The position numbers and the translations under genes were made by a program. From contig JAFWSI010000029.1 of assembly GCA_017519415.1 (NCBI GenBank), forward strand, positions 376 through 64,375: 64,000 bases of DNA. The letters run 5' to 3'. The stretch is from Ruminococcus sp. (GTDB lineage: Bacteria; Bacillota; Clostridia; Oscillospirales; Ruminococcaceae). Each line of letters begins with the position of its first letter. Position 1 is the stretch's first letter. The notes under the pieces were generated by a model. That model did no database searches. It had not been told where the DNA came from and saw nothing but the letters and a program-made list of their open reading frames with translations. Shown here in pieces: positions 1-10,874 of the stretch.

Positions 1-689
1 GCCGCACGGCCGACGGCGAATGGGAGAAGACGGCAGATGTAGACCTGCAACAGCTGGTGGCCTCGAGCTCGTCGAGCCTTTATGCCATCAGTCGGGCAGG
101 CGTCGTGGTATCGTCGGACGACAACGGTCTGACGTGGGAGGAAGAAGAGATGGACGCTGACGCTGCGTTGCTGCCCACGCAGGACATCAGCTATGTATGC
201 ACTCCGGTGAAGACGAACACGAGTCTGGAGCGCCTCGTGCTGGTGGGCAACCGCAACGAAACGGCTTATCACGACGAGAAAGTGGCCGTGGTATGGAGCA
301 AGATAGAAGACCGCGAGCGCGAAAACGTCGTGCACTCATGGTCGTACAACGGTGCTGACGAGCTCGCGAAGTTCCCGCTGCCCCGTCTGCGCGGACTGAC
401 AGTGGTGGGCTACGGCGACGGAATGGTTGCTGTGGGCGGCAGCGGACTGGGCGACTGCTCGGTGAACGCGTTCGCACATATCTACGAAAGCCTTGACGGC
501 GGACTGGCATGGAAGACGCGCAGCTATCTGCCTCTGCCTTCCGGACTGCAGTGCAACGACGGCATCGTGGCGATGATGACCGATGCGGACAACAACCTGT
601 GGTTGGTCTGTGGCGGCAGCGGACAGGTATGGCGCGGCCGGCTGAACCGCCTCGGCTGGCAGGAGAACCAGACTTCGTTCACGAAATAG
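1..689 (+). CDS. DUF6242-like protein, C-terminal part (5' end outside window)
   Basis: Open frame with SxDxGxxW (BNR-like) motifs, ending VWRGRLNRLGW. Its position upstream of porG-uppS-bamA matches Bacteroidales synteny. Confidence 0.6.
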   Translation, partial: RTADGEWEKTADVDLQQLVASSSSSLYAISRAGVVVSSDDNGLTWEEEEMDADAALLPTQDISYVCTPVKTNTSLERLVLVGNRNETAYHDEKVAVVWSKIEDRERENVVHSWSYNGADELAKFPLPRLRGLTVVGYGDGMVAVGGSGLGDCSVNAFAHIYESLDGGLAWKTRSYLPLPSGLQCNDGIVAMMTDADNNLWLVCGGSGQVWRGRLNRLGWQENQTSFTK

Positions 690-747
690 CAGCCGGGGCC
701 TCGCGACCATGCGCGTTCACGGAAAAAGATTAAAAGAAGGACCATCT

Positions 748-1437
748 ATGAGGCAGACGCTTATCTCCCTGTTCCTGTTGTTGGCTGCCCTGAGCGCAAA
801 GGGACAGCAGTACGACGACGAGTATAAGATGGAGGTAGGCGGCGGCGTAGGGCTGATGACATACTTAGGCGACTTCAACAGCGGCCTCTTCAACAATGCG
901 CAGCCCATGGCGTCGGCCTTGCTGAAACGCGTGCTGAATCCGTACATGGCCGTGACGGCGCAGTTCAGCTACGGACAGCTGAAAGGGACGTCGAAGGGCG
1001 TCAAGACCTACTATCCCGACGTACAGGAGGCGGCCTACGACTTCAGCCATGCGCTTTTCGACCTGGGCATACGCTATGAATATAACTTCTGGCCCTACGG
1101 AACAGGCCGCGACTACCGCGGTGCGAAGCGGCTGACGCCGTTCGTCTTCGGAGGACTGGGCGGCACGCTGGCCAGCACGGACAACAAATCGGTCGTGGTG
1201 GTGAACGTACCCATCGGTGTCGGCGTGAAATACAAGGTGGCCAAGCGCCTGAACCTGTCGGTGGAATGGGCCTTCCACTTCTCGGACAGCGACAAGCTGG
1301 ACGGCGTGGAGGATCCGTATTATATAAAAAGTACAGGACTGTTCAAGAACCGCGACTGCTACTCGATGCTGCAGCTGTCGCTCACGTACAGCTTCCTGCC
1401 GAAATGTGTAACCTGTAACAATGACATAGATGACTGA
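748..1437 (+). CDS. porG: Outer-membrane beta-barrel, PorG/DUF6089 family (T9SS-associated)
   Basis: Signal peptide, YLGDFN motif, alternating beta strands, C-terminal CxxC; directly upstream of uppS-bamA-skp. Confidence 0.75.
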   Translation: MRQTLISLFLLLAALSAKGQQYDDEYKMEVGGGVGLMTYLGDFNSGLFNNAQPMASALLKRVLNPYMAVTAQFSYGQLKGTSKGVKTYYPDVQEAAYDFSHALFDLGIRYEYNFWPYGTGRDYRGAKRLTPFVFGGLGGTLASTDNKSVVVVNVPIGVGVKYKVAKRLNLSVEWAFHFSDSDKLDGVEDPYYIKSTGLFKNRDCYSMLQLSLTYSFLPKCVTCNNDIDD

Positions 1438-2176
1438 CCAACTGGATATGAACCGCATTCCCAAGCACATTGCCATCATCATGGACGGCAACGGACGATG
1501 GGCTACGGCACGCGGACAGGAGCGCTCGTACGGCCATCAGGCCGGGGTGGCCTCGGTTCGCAGAATCACTACGGAGTGCAGGAAGCTGGGCGTGAAATAT
1601 CTGACGCTCTACACGTTCTCAACGGAAAACTGGAACCGGCCGGCGGAAGAGGTTGCTGCCTTGATGGCTCTGCTCGTGGCGTCGCTCGAGGAAGAGATCT
1701 TCATGAAGAACAACGTACGCTTCCGCGTCATCGGAGACCGCTCGCGACTGCCGAAAGAGGTCATCGACGCCGTTGAATACCTGGAAAAGAAAACGGAAGG
1801 GAACACAGAGATGAGCGCTGTCATCGCACTGAGCTACTCGTCGAGGTGGGAACTGACCAAAGCCATGACCGACATGGCTAACGAAGTGAAAGCCGGCACG
1901 CTGCAACCACAGGACATCAGCGAGGAGACCATCACCCGACATCTGGAGACAAGCTTCATGCCGGACCCCGACCTGCTGATTCGCACGGGTGGCGAACTGC
2001 GCATCTCGAACTATCTGCTCTGGCAGATTGCCTACTCGGAGCTGTACTTCTGCGATACGTACTGGCCCGACTTCGATGCGCCGGAACTGCACAAGGCCAT
2101 CCTCGACTACCAGAAACGGCAGCGCCGCTACGGGAAGACGGAGGCTCAGGTGGAGAACGAAGGGAAGGAGCAGTGA
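1430..2176 (+). CDS. uppS: Undecaprenyl diphosphate synthase (isoprenyl transferase)
   Basis: [21 protein letters not shown] and [19 protein letters not shown] motifs. Confidence 0.97.
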   Translation: MTDQLDMNRIPKHIAIIMDGNGRWATARGQERSYGHQAGVASVRRITTECRKLGVKYLTLYTFSTENWNRPAEEVAALMALLVASLEEEIFMKNNVRFRVIGDRSRLPKEVIDAVEYLEKKTEGNTEMSAVIALSYSSRWELTKAMTDMANEVKAGTLQPQDISEETITRHLETSFMPDPDLLIRTGGELRISNYLLWQIAYSELYFCDTYWPDFDAPELHKAILDYQKRQRRYGKTEAQVENEGKEQ

Positions 2177-2274
2177 CGCGCTTCACTGACAGACGAAAGA
2201 TTGGAAGGCAGGAACAAAAGGGTGGAAGGAGAAAGGAACAATGGTTTCAGACACGATAATAAGTTTTGACGATT

Positions 2275-4935
2275 ATGACATATAGAAAAATCTTGCTGCT
2301 TGTGGCCTTGATGCTCTCGCTGGGAGCAGGGGCACAGGAGAAGATTGTGAACCCTGACATCACCTATGCAGGCACGCCTCGCAGTTGCACCATCGCCGGT
2401 CTGGCCGTCTCGGGTGTTGAGGGATATGAAGACTATGTGCTGACAGGCATTTCAGGATTACAGGTAGGACAGCATATTACCGTCCCGGGAACGCAAATCA
2501 CGGATGCCGTGAAAAGATACTGGAAGCACGGCTTGTTCTCGAGAGTGTCCATCAGCGCTGACTCTCTCGTCGGCGAGAAAATCTATCTCCACATCCATTT
2601 GGCCGTCAGGCCACGCGTCTCGACCATCAACTACATCGGTCTGAAAAAGTCGGAACGCGAGGACATGGAGAAGAAACTGGGTCTGCTCAAGGGCAGCCAG
2701 ATTACCCCGAACATGATTGACCGCGCGAAGATACTCGCAAAGAAGTATTTCGACGACAAAGGTTACAAGAATGCTGACATCAACATCATGCAACGCGACG
2801 ATGTGTCGAACAAGAACCAAGTGATTCTGGACATCACCGTGGACAAGAAGGAAAAGATGAAGGTGCACCAGATCATCATCGAGGGTAACGAAAAGCTCTC
2901 GGACTCGAAAATCAAGGGTAAGCTTTTCACCAAAGGTGCCTTCAAGAACATACACGAAGTAAACAAACTCTCCACCTTCCTGAAGAAGAAGAAGTTCACA
3001 CCGGAACGCTGGAAGGAAGACAAACAGAACCTGATTGACAAATACAACGAGTACGGATACCGCGATGCCACCATTCTGGAAGACAGCGTCTGGAACTTCG
3101 ACGACAAGCACGTCAATATATATATAAAGGTGGACGAGGGGCAGAAATACTATCTGAGGAACATCACTTGGGTGGGAAACACCATCTACGACACCGACCA
3201 TCTGGCCAATGTGCTGGGCATGAAGAAAGGCGACGTCTACAACCAGAAGTACATGAACAAGCGACTCTCGGAGGACGACGACGCCGTGGGCAACCTCTAC
3301 TGGAACAACGGTTACCTGTTCTACAACCTGCAACCGACCGAAGTGAACATCGTCGGCGACAGCATCGACCTGGAAATGCGCATTCAGGAGGGCCCGCAGG
3401 CTCATATCAGCCGCGTACGCATCATGGGTAACGACCGTCTGTACGAGAACGTCATCCGACGCGAGCTGCGTACCAAGCCGGGCGACCTCTTTTCCAAGGA
3501 TGCCTTGCAGCGAAGTGCGCGTGAAATAGCTGCCATGGGACACTTCGACGCTGAGCAGGTGAATCCCGATGTGAAGCCAAACTACGAAGACGGCACGGTT
3601 GACATCAACTGGAACCTCGTGCAGAAGTCGAACGACCAGATAGAGTTCTCGCTCGGATGGGGACAGACAGGTATCATCGGCCGCATCGGTCTGAAGTTCA
3701 ACAACTTCTCCATGGCAAACCTCTTCGGCAAAGGAAAGGAGCACAGAGGCATCATGCCTATCGGCGACGGCGAGCAAGTGTCACTGGGATTCCAGACCAA
3801 TGCCAACTACTATACGTCGGGTAACATCTCATACGCCACCGGATGGTTCGGCGGAAAGCGTCCCATCCAGTTCTCCATCAGCGCATTCTATTCGAAACAG
3901 AGTGACGTATCGAGCAACTACTACAACACCGCTCTGATGCGAAACTACTACAGCGGCGGCTATGGATTGGGCTACGGAAGCAGTATCTACAACACGTTTG
4001 AGAACTTCTACGATCCCGACAAGTATGTGAAACTGCTCGGTGTCTCCGTAGGATGGGGTAAACGCCTGCGCTGGCCTGACGATTACTTCACGCTGAACCT
4101 CGAACTGGCCTACACCAGATACATGCTGAAGAACTGGAGTTACTTCCTGGTCAGCAACGGTAACTGCAACAACCTGAACCTCGGCATCACGTTGGCACGC
4201 TCCAGCGCAGACAATCCGCTCTTCCCGCGCTATGGTTCGGAGTTCATGGCTTCCGTCACACTCACGCCGCCATGGTCATTGTGGGAGAAATACGACTACG
4301 CGAACCTCGCCACCGACCCACAGGCAGCTGATTATCAAAACCAGCAGCAGAAGAAATACCGCTGGATTGAATACCACAAATGGAAGTTCAAGAGCCGTAC
4401 GTTCACCGCTCTGTCAGGCGGAGCGAAATGTTTCGTGCTGATGACACGCGTGGAACTGGGTATCCTTGGCGCATACAACAAAGACAAGAAGTCGCCTTTC
4501 GAAGGATTCTACGTCGGCGGTGACGGCATGAGCGGCTACAGCAGCGGCTATGCTGAAGAGACCATCGGACTGCGAGGCTACGAGAACGGTGCCATTTCGA
4601 ACACGGCCGTGCGAGAATCTGGCATGGGCTACCGCTACAATGCGTACGCTTACGACCGTCTGTCGGTAGAACTTCGCTACCCGTTCCTGCTCGGCAATAC
4701 AACCATCTACGGCCTGGGCTTCCTCGAAGCAGGTAACGCATGGACAGACACAAAGAACTTCAACCCGTTCAACATGAAGCGTTCGGCCGGTCTCGGCGTG
4801 CGCATCTACCTCCCGATGGTGGGTCTGATGGGTATCGACTGGGCATACGGTTTCGACAAAGTGCTCAACTCCTCGAACAATGTCTACAGCCGTGGCGGCT
4901 CACACTTCCACTTCGTGCTCGGACAGGAGTTCTGA
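2275..4935 (+). CDS. bamA: Outer membrane protein assembly factor BamA
   Basis: Signal peptide, POTRA repeats, LRGY motif, C-terminal HFVLGQEF. Confidence 0.96.
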   Translation: MTYRKILLLVALMLSLGAGAQEKIVNPDITYAGTPRSCTIAGLAVSGVEGYEDYVLTGISGLQVGQHITVPGTQITDAVKRYWKHGLFSRVSISADSLVGEKIYLHIHLAVRPRVSTINYIGLKKSEREDMEKKLGLLKGSQITPNMIDRAKILAKKYFDDKGYKNADINIMQRDDVSNKNQVILDITVDKKEKMKVHQIIIEGNEKLSDSKIKGKLFTKGAFKNIHEVNKLSTFLKKKKFTPERWKEDKQNLIDKYNEYGYRDATILEDSVWNFDDKHVNIYIKVDEGQKYYLRNITWVGNTIYDTDHLANVLGMKKGDVYNQKYMNKRLSEDDDAVGNLYWNNGYLFYNLQPTEVNIVGDSIDLEMRIQEGPQAHISRVRIMGNDRLYENVIRRELRTKPGDLFSKDALQRSAREIAAMGHFDAEQVNPDVKPNYEDGTVDINWNLVQKSNDQIEFSLGWGQTGIIGRIGLKFNNFSMANLFGKGKEHRGIMPIGDGEQVSLGFQTNANYYTSGNISYATGWFGGKRPIQFSISAFYSKQSDVSSNYYNTALMRNYYSGGYGLGYGSSIYNTFENFYDPDKYVKLLGVSVGWGKRLRWPDDYFTLNLELAYTRYMLKNWSYFLVSNGNCNNLNLGITLARSSADNPLFPRYGSEFMASVTLTPPWSLWEKYDYANLATDPQAADYQNQQQKKYRWIEYHKWKFKSRTFTALSGGAKCFVLMTRVELGILGAYNKDKKSPFEGFYVGGDGMSGYSSGYAEETIGLRGYENGAISNTAVRESGMGYRYNAYAYDRLSVELRYPFLLGNTTIYGLGFLEAGNAWTDTKNFNPFNMKRSAGLGVRIYLPMVGLMGIDWAYGFDKVLNSSNNVYSRGGSHFHFVLGQEF

Positions 4936-5177
4936 TCCACGCCACTGCGGAGCAACAGACAGTGAACAAACGTACGCTGAGTGCATTATATATAATAAAT
5001 GTAAAGGCCAAAACGAATACGATGAAGGCAGAAAAGCCGCATTCATACGGCCCAAACGTACGCACGGGGTGTTGAAAACAGCCCGTTGAAGACCTAATTT
5101 AACAATTAATAAGAAACCGACGGTTAATCTTTTCAAGTCAGGTGTCCGTCATATTGCAGAATCAAAACTGTGAAACT

Positions 5178-5687
5178 ATGAAGAAAATAATGATGATAGC
5201 CCTCTTCGCCATCACCGCGATGACGGCAAGTGCACAGAAGTTCGCACTGATAGACATGGAATACATCCTGAAGAACATTCCTGCCTATGAACGTGCCAAC
5301 GAGCAACTTTCCCAGGTAGCAAAGAAATGGCAGGCCGAGGTTGACGCGTTGAACACCGAGGCACAGACGCTTTACAAGAACTACCAGAATGAAGTGGTCT
5401 TCCTTTCGCAGGAACAGAAGAAGCAGAAACAAGAGACCATCATGCAGAAAGAGCACGAAGCAAGCGAGCTGAAGAAGAAGTACTTCGGACCGGAAGGAGA
5501 GCTCTTCAAGAAGCGCGAAGCACTCATGACGCCAATTCAAGAGGAAATCTACAACGCACTGAAGGACATTTCCAAGCTGCGCGGCTACGATCTCGTCATC
5601 GACCGCAGCGAACAAGGCATTGTTTTCGGCTCGCCCAAGATTGACATCAGCAACGAAGTGCTGCAGAAACTGGGCTACAGCAATTAA
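5178..5687 (+). CDS. skp: OmpH/Skp periplasmic chaperone 1
   Basis: AQKFALIDMEYIL start, coiled coil, DISNEVLQKLGY end; follows bamA. Confidence 0.93.
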   Translation: MKKIMMIALFAITAMTASAQKFALIDMEYILKNIPAYERANEQLSQVAKKWQAEVDALNTEAQTLYKNYQNEVVFLSQEQKKQKQETIMQKEHEASELKKKYFGPEGELFKKREALMTPIQEEIYNALKDISKLRGYDLVIDRSEQGIVFGSPKIDISNEVLQKLGYSN

Positions 5688-5770
5688 GACTTGAACCGAG
5701 AGCGCCCTGTCCGCCCTCCCTTCCCAATGGTAAGAACAATTATCCTAAAACAATAAAACAAGAACGAAAA

Positions 5771-6268
5771 ATGAAAAAAATTATTTTAATGTTGATGTTG
5801 TTTGCTCCGATAGCAACATTCGCACAGAAGTTTGGACATGTCGACACACAGGCCATCATGCAGTCTCTGCCTGAACTGAGCAAGGTGAACGGTGAACTGG
5901 AAGCCCTGAGCAAGCAGTACCAGAACGAGCTCGAAGGCATGCAGCGCGAAATCCAGACCAAGATGGATGCCTACCAGAAGCAGCAGAGCACCATGAACGA
6001 AACGCAGAAGAAAGAGACCGAGGCTGAACTGAACAAGCTCTACGAGAAGTTCCAGCAGGCCCAGCAGGATAACGGTAACGCTTTCCAGAAGGCTCAGCAA
6101 GAGAAAATCCAGCCAATCCAGGAGAAAGTCTTCAAGGCTATCGAGAATGTCGGCAAGGCCGGTGGCTATGTCTACATCATGCAGACGGGTTCGCTGCCCT
6201 ATATCAGCAGCACGCTGAGCAAGGATCTCACCACTGAAGTGAAGGCCGAGCTCAACAAGATGAAATAA
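5771..6268 (+). CDS. skp: OmpH/Skp periplasmic chaperone 2
   Basis: AQKFGHVD start, Gln-rich coiled coil, DLTTEVKAEL end. Confidence 0.92.
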   Translation: MKKIILMLMLFAPIATFAQKFGHVDTQAIMQSLPELSKVNGELEALSKQYQNELEGMQREIQTKMDAYQKQQSTMNETQKKETEAELNKLYEKFQQAQQDNGNAFQKAQQEKIQPIQEKVFKAIENVGKAGGYVYIMQTGSLPYISSTLSKDLTTEVKAELNKMK

Positions 6269-6347
6269 ACATGTTCCGGAAATCATCGAGGAACACCATT
6301 ACAGGCAACAAAAGCAAAAAGGTAAAAGCGTAAAAAGACAAACGACT

Positions 6348-6911
6348 ATGAATCAGAACAGTGACAAACAACAGCGCAACAAAACATGGTTGAAGGCCAT
6401 TTTCCTGTTTTACCTTTTTGCTTTTCTTCCCCTCAACGCCTCAGCACAGATACGTTTCGGCTACTTCAGCTACGAACAAGTGTTCCGTAACATGCCCCAG
6501 TACTCCATCATGCAGCGCAACATGGACAATCTTGAGGCACAATACGACGCCGAAATGAAACGCGCCGAGGACGAATTCAACAGCAAGTACGAAGATTTTC
6601 TCCTCCATCGGTCCACCTACGCCGAGCCCATCAAGCAGAAGCGTCAGGCCGAACTGCAGGCCCTCATGGAGAAAAACATCGCTTTCAAGAAAGAGGCGAA
6701 CCGACTTCTGGAAGCAGCACGCCGAGATGCCGAGATGCCGCTGAAGCAAATGATTGCCGAAGCCCTCGCCACCATCGGCCAGCGGGGCGGATACGCCTTT
6801 ATCCTCAACACCGACAACAATGCGGTTCCGTTCATCGACCCAGCTTTGGGCGAAGACATTACCCAACAACTGAAGCAGCGACTGGAGCAGAACCAATCCG
6901 TCCAGCCGTAA
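6348..6911 (+). CDS. skp: OmpH/Skp periplasmic chaperone 3
   Basis: AQIRFGYFS start, GYAFILNTD, DITQQLK. Confidence 0.88.
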   Translation: MNQNSDKQQRNKTWLKAIFLFYLFAFLPLNASAQIRFGYFSYEQVFRNMPQYSIMQRNMDNLEAQYDAEMKRAEDEFNSKYEDFLLHRSTYAEPIKQKRQAELQALMEKNIAFKKEANRLLEAARRDAEMPLKQMIAEALATIGQRGGYAFILNTDNNAVPFIDPALGEDITQQLKQRLEQNQSVQP

Positions 6912-6956
6912 AGGAAAAGCTCAAAGCAACAGAACCGCAACCAAACAGCCACTCAC

Positions 6957-7790
6957 ATGTTCCCAGCTGAGCCAGGTCCCATAGGCGTCTTTGATTCTGG
7001 CTACGGAGGCCTCACCATCCTGCACGGCATCCGCCAGCTCCTGCCCGAGTACGATTACATGTACCTCGGTGACAATGCGCGTGCCCCATACGGCTCGCGC
7101 TCATTCGAAGTGGTGTACCAATTCACGCGCCAAGCCGTCCTCCGCCTCTTCGAGCGAGGCTGCCATCTGGTCATTCTCGGATGCAACACCGCCTCGGCCA
7201 AAGCGCTTCGCAGCATCCAGCAGCGCATTCTGCCCGAACTGGCACCCGACCGACGCGTGCTCGGCATCATTCGTCCCACGGCAGAAATCATCGGACAGCT
7301 CACGAAAACCCGCCATGTCGGCATCCTGGCCACCGAAGGCACCATCCGCAGCAAGAGCTACAACATGGAGATTCAGAAGCTCTGGCCCCACATCAGCGTC
7401 ACCGGACAGGCCTGTCCCCTCTGGGCTGCCATCGTCGAAGCCAACGAAGCCGACTCTCCCGGAGCCGACTACTTCGTCAAGAAGCGCATCGACCAGCTCA
7501 TGCGCCTCGATCCCGACATCGATGCCATCGTGCTCGGCTGCACCCACTACCCCCTTCTGATGAGCTCCATCGTCGCCCATGTGCCGCAGCATGTGCGCAT
7601 CGTGCCGCAAGGCCAGTACGTAGCAGCCAGTCTGAGCGACTATCTGCAGCGTCATCCCGAAATGGAAAAGAAGCTGACCAAGCACGGACAGTGCCACTAC
7701 CTGACCACCGAGAGCGAAGAAAAGTTCAAGGAAAACGCACAGATTTTCCTTCACGAACACATCAACGTACAGCACATCGACCTGGAATAG
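6957..7790 (+). CDS. murI: Glutamate racemase
   Basis: IGVFDSGYGG, GCNTAS and LGCTHYP motifs. Confidence 0.97.
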   Translation: MFPAEPGPIGVFDSGYGGLTILHGIRQLLPEYDYMYLGDNARAPYGSRSFEVVYQFTRQAVLRLFERGCHLVILGCNTASAKALRSIQQRILPELAPDRRVLGIIRPTAEIIGQLTKTRHVGILATEGTIRSKSYNMEIQKLWPHISVTGQACPLWAAIVEANEADSPGADYFVKKRIDQLMRLDPDIDAIVLGCTHYPLLMSSIVAHVPQHVRIVPQGQYVAASLSDYLQRHPEMEKKLTKHGQCHYLTTESEEKFKENAQIFLHEHINVQHIDLE

Positions 7791-8001
7791 TCCCCATTTG
7801 TCCCGGACTATCCTGCTCTTTTTCTGCCCATTCCCGTCCAACTGCACTTTTTTCCGCATCTTACGGCATGACAGGGAGTTTTTTATTGTTTCCCTTTGCA
7901 GATTGGAAATAAATCAATAATTTTGCAGCAAACTTTCCGAACGACCGGAAACAGAGGCAACGAAACGATGCCCCTGCGGGGCGGTCATACAGAAGGCAGA
8001 T

Positions 8002-8997
8002 ATGGAGAAAATACTGATAACGGGAGCTTCCGGCTTCATCGGAAGCTTCATCGTGGAAGAAGCGCTCAGCCAAGGCATGGACGTCTGGGCTGCCGTGCGC
8101 CGCAGCAGTTCGCGCGAATGGCTGCAAGACGACCGCATCCACTTCCTGGAGCTGAACCTGTCCAGCGAGGAACAACTGCGCCGACAGCTCGACGGCCACC
8201 AGTTCGACTACGTGGTGCACGCCGCGGGCGTGACCAAGTGCTTGCACAAAGCCGACTTCCACACCATCAACACCGAAGGAACCGAACACCTGGCCCGCGC
8301 GCTCATCGCCACACAAACGTCCCTCCGCAAGTTCGTCTACCTCAGTTCGCTCAGCGTCTTCGGTGCCATACGCGAACAACAGCCCTACGAAGAAATCCGC
8401 GAAACGGACCGTCCGCAGCCCAACACCGCCTACGGTCAGAGCAAGCTCGAAGCCGAGCACTTCCTCAGAACGCTCACCAACTTCCCCTGCGTGGTGCTGC
8501 GCCCCACCGGAGTCTACGGTCCGCGCGAGAAAGACTATTTCCTCATGGCCCAAAGCATCAAGCGCCATGTTGACTTCGCCGTAGGCTTCAAGCGTCAGGA
8601 CATCACCTTCGTCTACGTGAAAGACGTCGTTCAGGCCGTCTTCCTCGCCTTGCAGCGCGGAAAGCCCGGCCGCCACTATTTCCTCAGCGACGGCGCCGTC
8701 TATCAGTCGGAGACCTTCAGCAACCTCATCCTCGACGAGATGGGCCACCCCTGGTGCCTGCGCATCAAGGCCCCGATATGGGTTCTGCGCGTGGTCACCT
8801 TCTTCGGCGAGCACATCGGCCGCCTCACAGGCAGCATCACCGCCCTGAACAACGACAAGTACAACATTCTCAAACAGCGCAACTGGCGCTGCGACATCCA
8901 GCCCGCGCGCCGCGAACTGGGCTACGAACCGCAGTACCCGCTGTCTCGCGGCGTCCGCGAGACCATCGCCTGGTACCGTGAACACAAATGGCTATGA
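8002..8997 (+). CDS. NAD-dependent epimerase/dehydratase
   Basis: TGASGFIG Rossmann motif, YGQSK catalytic motif, RPTGVYGP. Confidence 0.9.
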   Translation: MEKILITGASGFIGSFIVEEALSQGMDVWAAVRRSSSREWLQDDRIHFLELNLSSEEQLRRQLDGHQFDYVVHAAGVTKCLHKADFHTINTEGTEHLARALIATQTSLRKFVYLSSLSVFGAIREQQPYEEIRETDRPQPNTAYGQSKLEAEHFLRTLTNFPCVVLRPTGVYGPREKDYFLMAQSIKRHVDFAVGFKRQDITFVYVKDVVQAVFLALQRGKPGRHYFLSDGAVYQSETFSNLILDEMGHPWCLRIKAPIWVLRVVTFFGEHIGRLTGSITALNNDKYNILKQRNWRCDIQPARRELGYEPQYPLSRGVRETIAWYREHKWL

Positions 8998-9001
8998 AGC
9001 A

Positions 9002-9964
9002 ATGAAACAACTGAAAGAACTGTTCTCCATCGAAAAAAAACCGTACAAGAACCTCTTCGCGCTCGAATGGGTGACCGTCGGCTACGTGCTCTTCACGCTG
9101 ATGCTCATTCTCTTCAGCGCAACACGGCTGCACAGCACCGAGGCCATGATCTGGGGTCGCGTCCGAATCGTGGCCACCATGCTGGCCGTCTACGCCGTCT
9201 ACCGCATGGTGCCGTGCCGTCTGACCCGCTTCATCCGCGTCGTCGTTCAGCTGTCACTGCTCTCGTGGTGGTACCCCGACACGTACGAGCTCAACCGAAT
9301 CTTCCCCAACCTCGACCACGTCTTCGCCTCCGTCGAACAAGTCATCTTCGGTTTCCAGCCTGCACTCGCGTTTCCGCAGGCCATGCCCTGGCCGTGGTTC
9401 AGCGAGCTGATGGACCTGGGCTACGCGTCCTACTACCCGATGATAGCCGTCGTCACGCTCTTCTACTTCTTCTGCCGCTACCACGAGTTCCTGCGCGCCT
9501 CGTTCATCATCCTCACCTCTTTCTTCCTCTACTACCTCATCTTCATCTTCGTGCCCGTTGTCGGACCCACGTTCTACTATCAGGCTGTGGGCGTCGAAGA
9601 GATAGCACGCGGCGTCTTCGTCGACCTCGGAGCCTATTTCGAGACCCATCAGGAGTGCCTGCCCTCACCCGGATGGACCGACGGCTTCTTCTACTCACTC
9701 GTGGAGAACGCCAAGGAGGCGGGCGAGCGCCCCACGGCCGCTTTTCCCAGCAGCCACGTCGGCGTGTCCACCATCCTGATGCTGCTGGTCTGGCACACGC
9801 GCAACCGCCGTCTGTTCTACGTCCTGCTGCCGTTCTTCGTGCTGCTTTGTTTCTCCACGGTCTACATACAGGCCCACTATGCCATCGACGCCTTCGCCGG
9901 TCTGCTCACGGGCGTAGCCATCTACTACCTGCTGTTCTGGATGACGAAGGAGATGAAGGAATAG
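9002..9964 (+). CDS. PAP2-family membrane phosphatase/phosphotransferase
   Basis: Multiple TM segments, AFPSSH and HYAID motifs. Confidence 0.88.
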   Translation: MKQLKELFSIEKKPYKNLFALEWVTVGYVLFTLMLILFSATRLHSTEAMIWGRVRIVATMLAVYAVYRMVPCRLTRFIRVVVQLSLLSWWYPDTYELNRIFPNLDHVFASVEQVIFGFQPALAFPQAMPWPWFSELMDLGYASYYPMIAVVTLFYFFCRYHEFLRASFIILTSFFLYYLIFIFVPVVGPTFYYQAVGVEEIARGVFVDLGAYFETHQECLPSPGWTDGFFYSLVENAKEAGERPTAAFPSSHVGVSTILMLLVWHTRNRRLFYVLLPFFVLLCFSTVYIQAHYAIDAFAGLLTGVAIYYLLFWMTKEMKE

Positions 9965-10036
9965 GCGCAGCGTCGCTGACCGAGCCCTGTCCGTCTGCAG
10001 CGACGGTCATCCGGCCCTTCGTCGGCCTCGCGGACG

Positions 10037-10087
10037 AAAAGAGAGAGGGACCTCCCGCACCTTGCAGGAAGTCCCTCTCTCTTTTCG
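10037..10087. terminator. Bidirectional intrinsic terminator
   Basis: AAAAGAGAGAGGGAC...GTCCCTCTCTCTTTT inverted repeat between convergent genes. Confidence 0.8.
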
Positions 10088-10109
10088 TATACTTGCGTCG
10101 CCGCCGCGA

Positions 10110-10259
10110 TTACTCCTTCACGTACTCGGCAAAGTCGGTCAGCTTCATGTCGCCCTTGCGAGCCAGCGTGTCGTGCATGGCAAAGGCAGCGGGCAGATTG
10201 TGGCGTGTGTGTCCGCCCTTGGCTATCTTCAAGTAGTCCCACAGCAGCTGCTTGTAGTC
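10110..10259 (-). CDS. C-terminal 49 aa of an acetyl-CoA hydrolase/succinate CoA-transferase, truncated at the junction
   Basis: Hand translation gives DYKQLLWDYLKIAKGGHTRHNLPAAFAMHDTLARKGDMKLTDFAEYVKE*, resembling Bacteroidales CoA-transferase C-termini. Not in the ORF track. Confidence 0.7.
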   Translation of the reverse strand, partial: DYKQLLWDYLKIAKGGHTRHNLPAAFAMHDTLARKGDMKLTDFAEYVKE

Positions 10260-10260
10260 G

Positions 10261-10333
10261 GCTCCGGCTCCGGCTCGGGTTCGGGCTCCGGCTCGGGTTC
10301 GGGCTCCGGCTCGGGTTCGGGCTCGGGCTCGGG
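10261..10333. repeat. 6-bp tandem repeat encoding about 12 PE units
   Basis: Degenerate GGCTCC/GGCTCG/GGTTCG units. Confidence 0.9.
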
Positions 10334-10558
10334 ATCATATTCCTCGCCCGTATTCTGGTCGATCCACTTGCCGCTTCCCGAAAAGCCGAAGATGTCTCCC
10401 GTGGAAACCACCCACGCAAGGCTTCCCTGGGATAATACCCTGCCGTCTATCCCCTGTGCTGCGGGGAGCTCCGATATGGTATCAGCCGCAAGCTCTGCGA
10501 CAACTACGGAACGGGAGCCGTTGAAGCTCTGGAATCTTTCTTTTAAAATAGTTATCAT
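10261..10558 (-). CDS. Hypothetical protein with (Pro-Glu)n tract, truncated at the junction
   Basis: AAGGAG RBS and ATG at 10558; runs into a 6-bp microsatellite encoding PE repeats. Confidence 0.65.
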
Positions 10559-10874
10559 ATTATGCTCCTTTCATTAGAAAAGAACGCTCTCATAAGGGGG
10601 CGAAAAAAGGGCCGGAATCAACCAGAAACGGTTGTATATCGCAAAAAGTTCACAGAAAGTTTACATTTACCCACCCTTGACAATACTGTATGTTAGTACT
10701 TGTTAACCAAATTTCAGGCTGTATTACGGCATTTTACGTTCCGTCTCAGCCTTTTCCCACAAACAGGGGTGATATTCTGTTGATTTTACGGAAGCTGTGT
10801 GGTATAATTGATAATGTAATAACAATGTATGTTCATCAAGTAATTGCCAAGACTGTGAAAGAAAGGAAATGTAA

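Noticed and set aside
5178-6911. Three tandem skp genes as a novelty
   Set aside because: Multiple OmpH paralogues after bamA are common in Bacteroidales.
2458-10236. Long antisense or alternate-frame ORFs (e.g. 2458-3777, 9067-10236; also 23155-24399, 46126-47328, 62774-63799)
   Set aside because: They are shadows of well-supported genes in GC3-rich DNA and carry no recognisable motifs.
10229-10558. 109-aa ORF ending PEPTTSSCCGTT as a complete protein or RiPP precursor
   Set aside because: The tail after the PE tract is an out-of-frame read of the Bacteroidales CoA-transferase stub across the junction.
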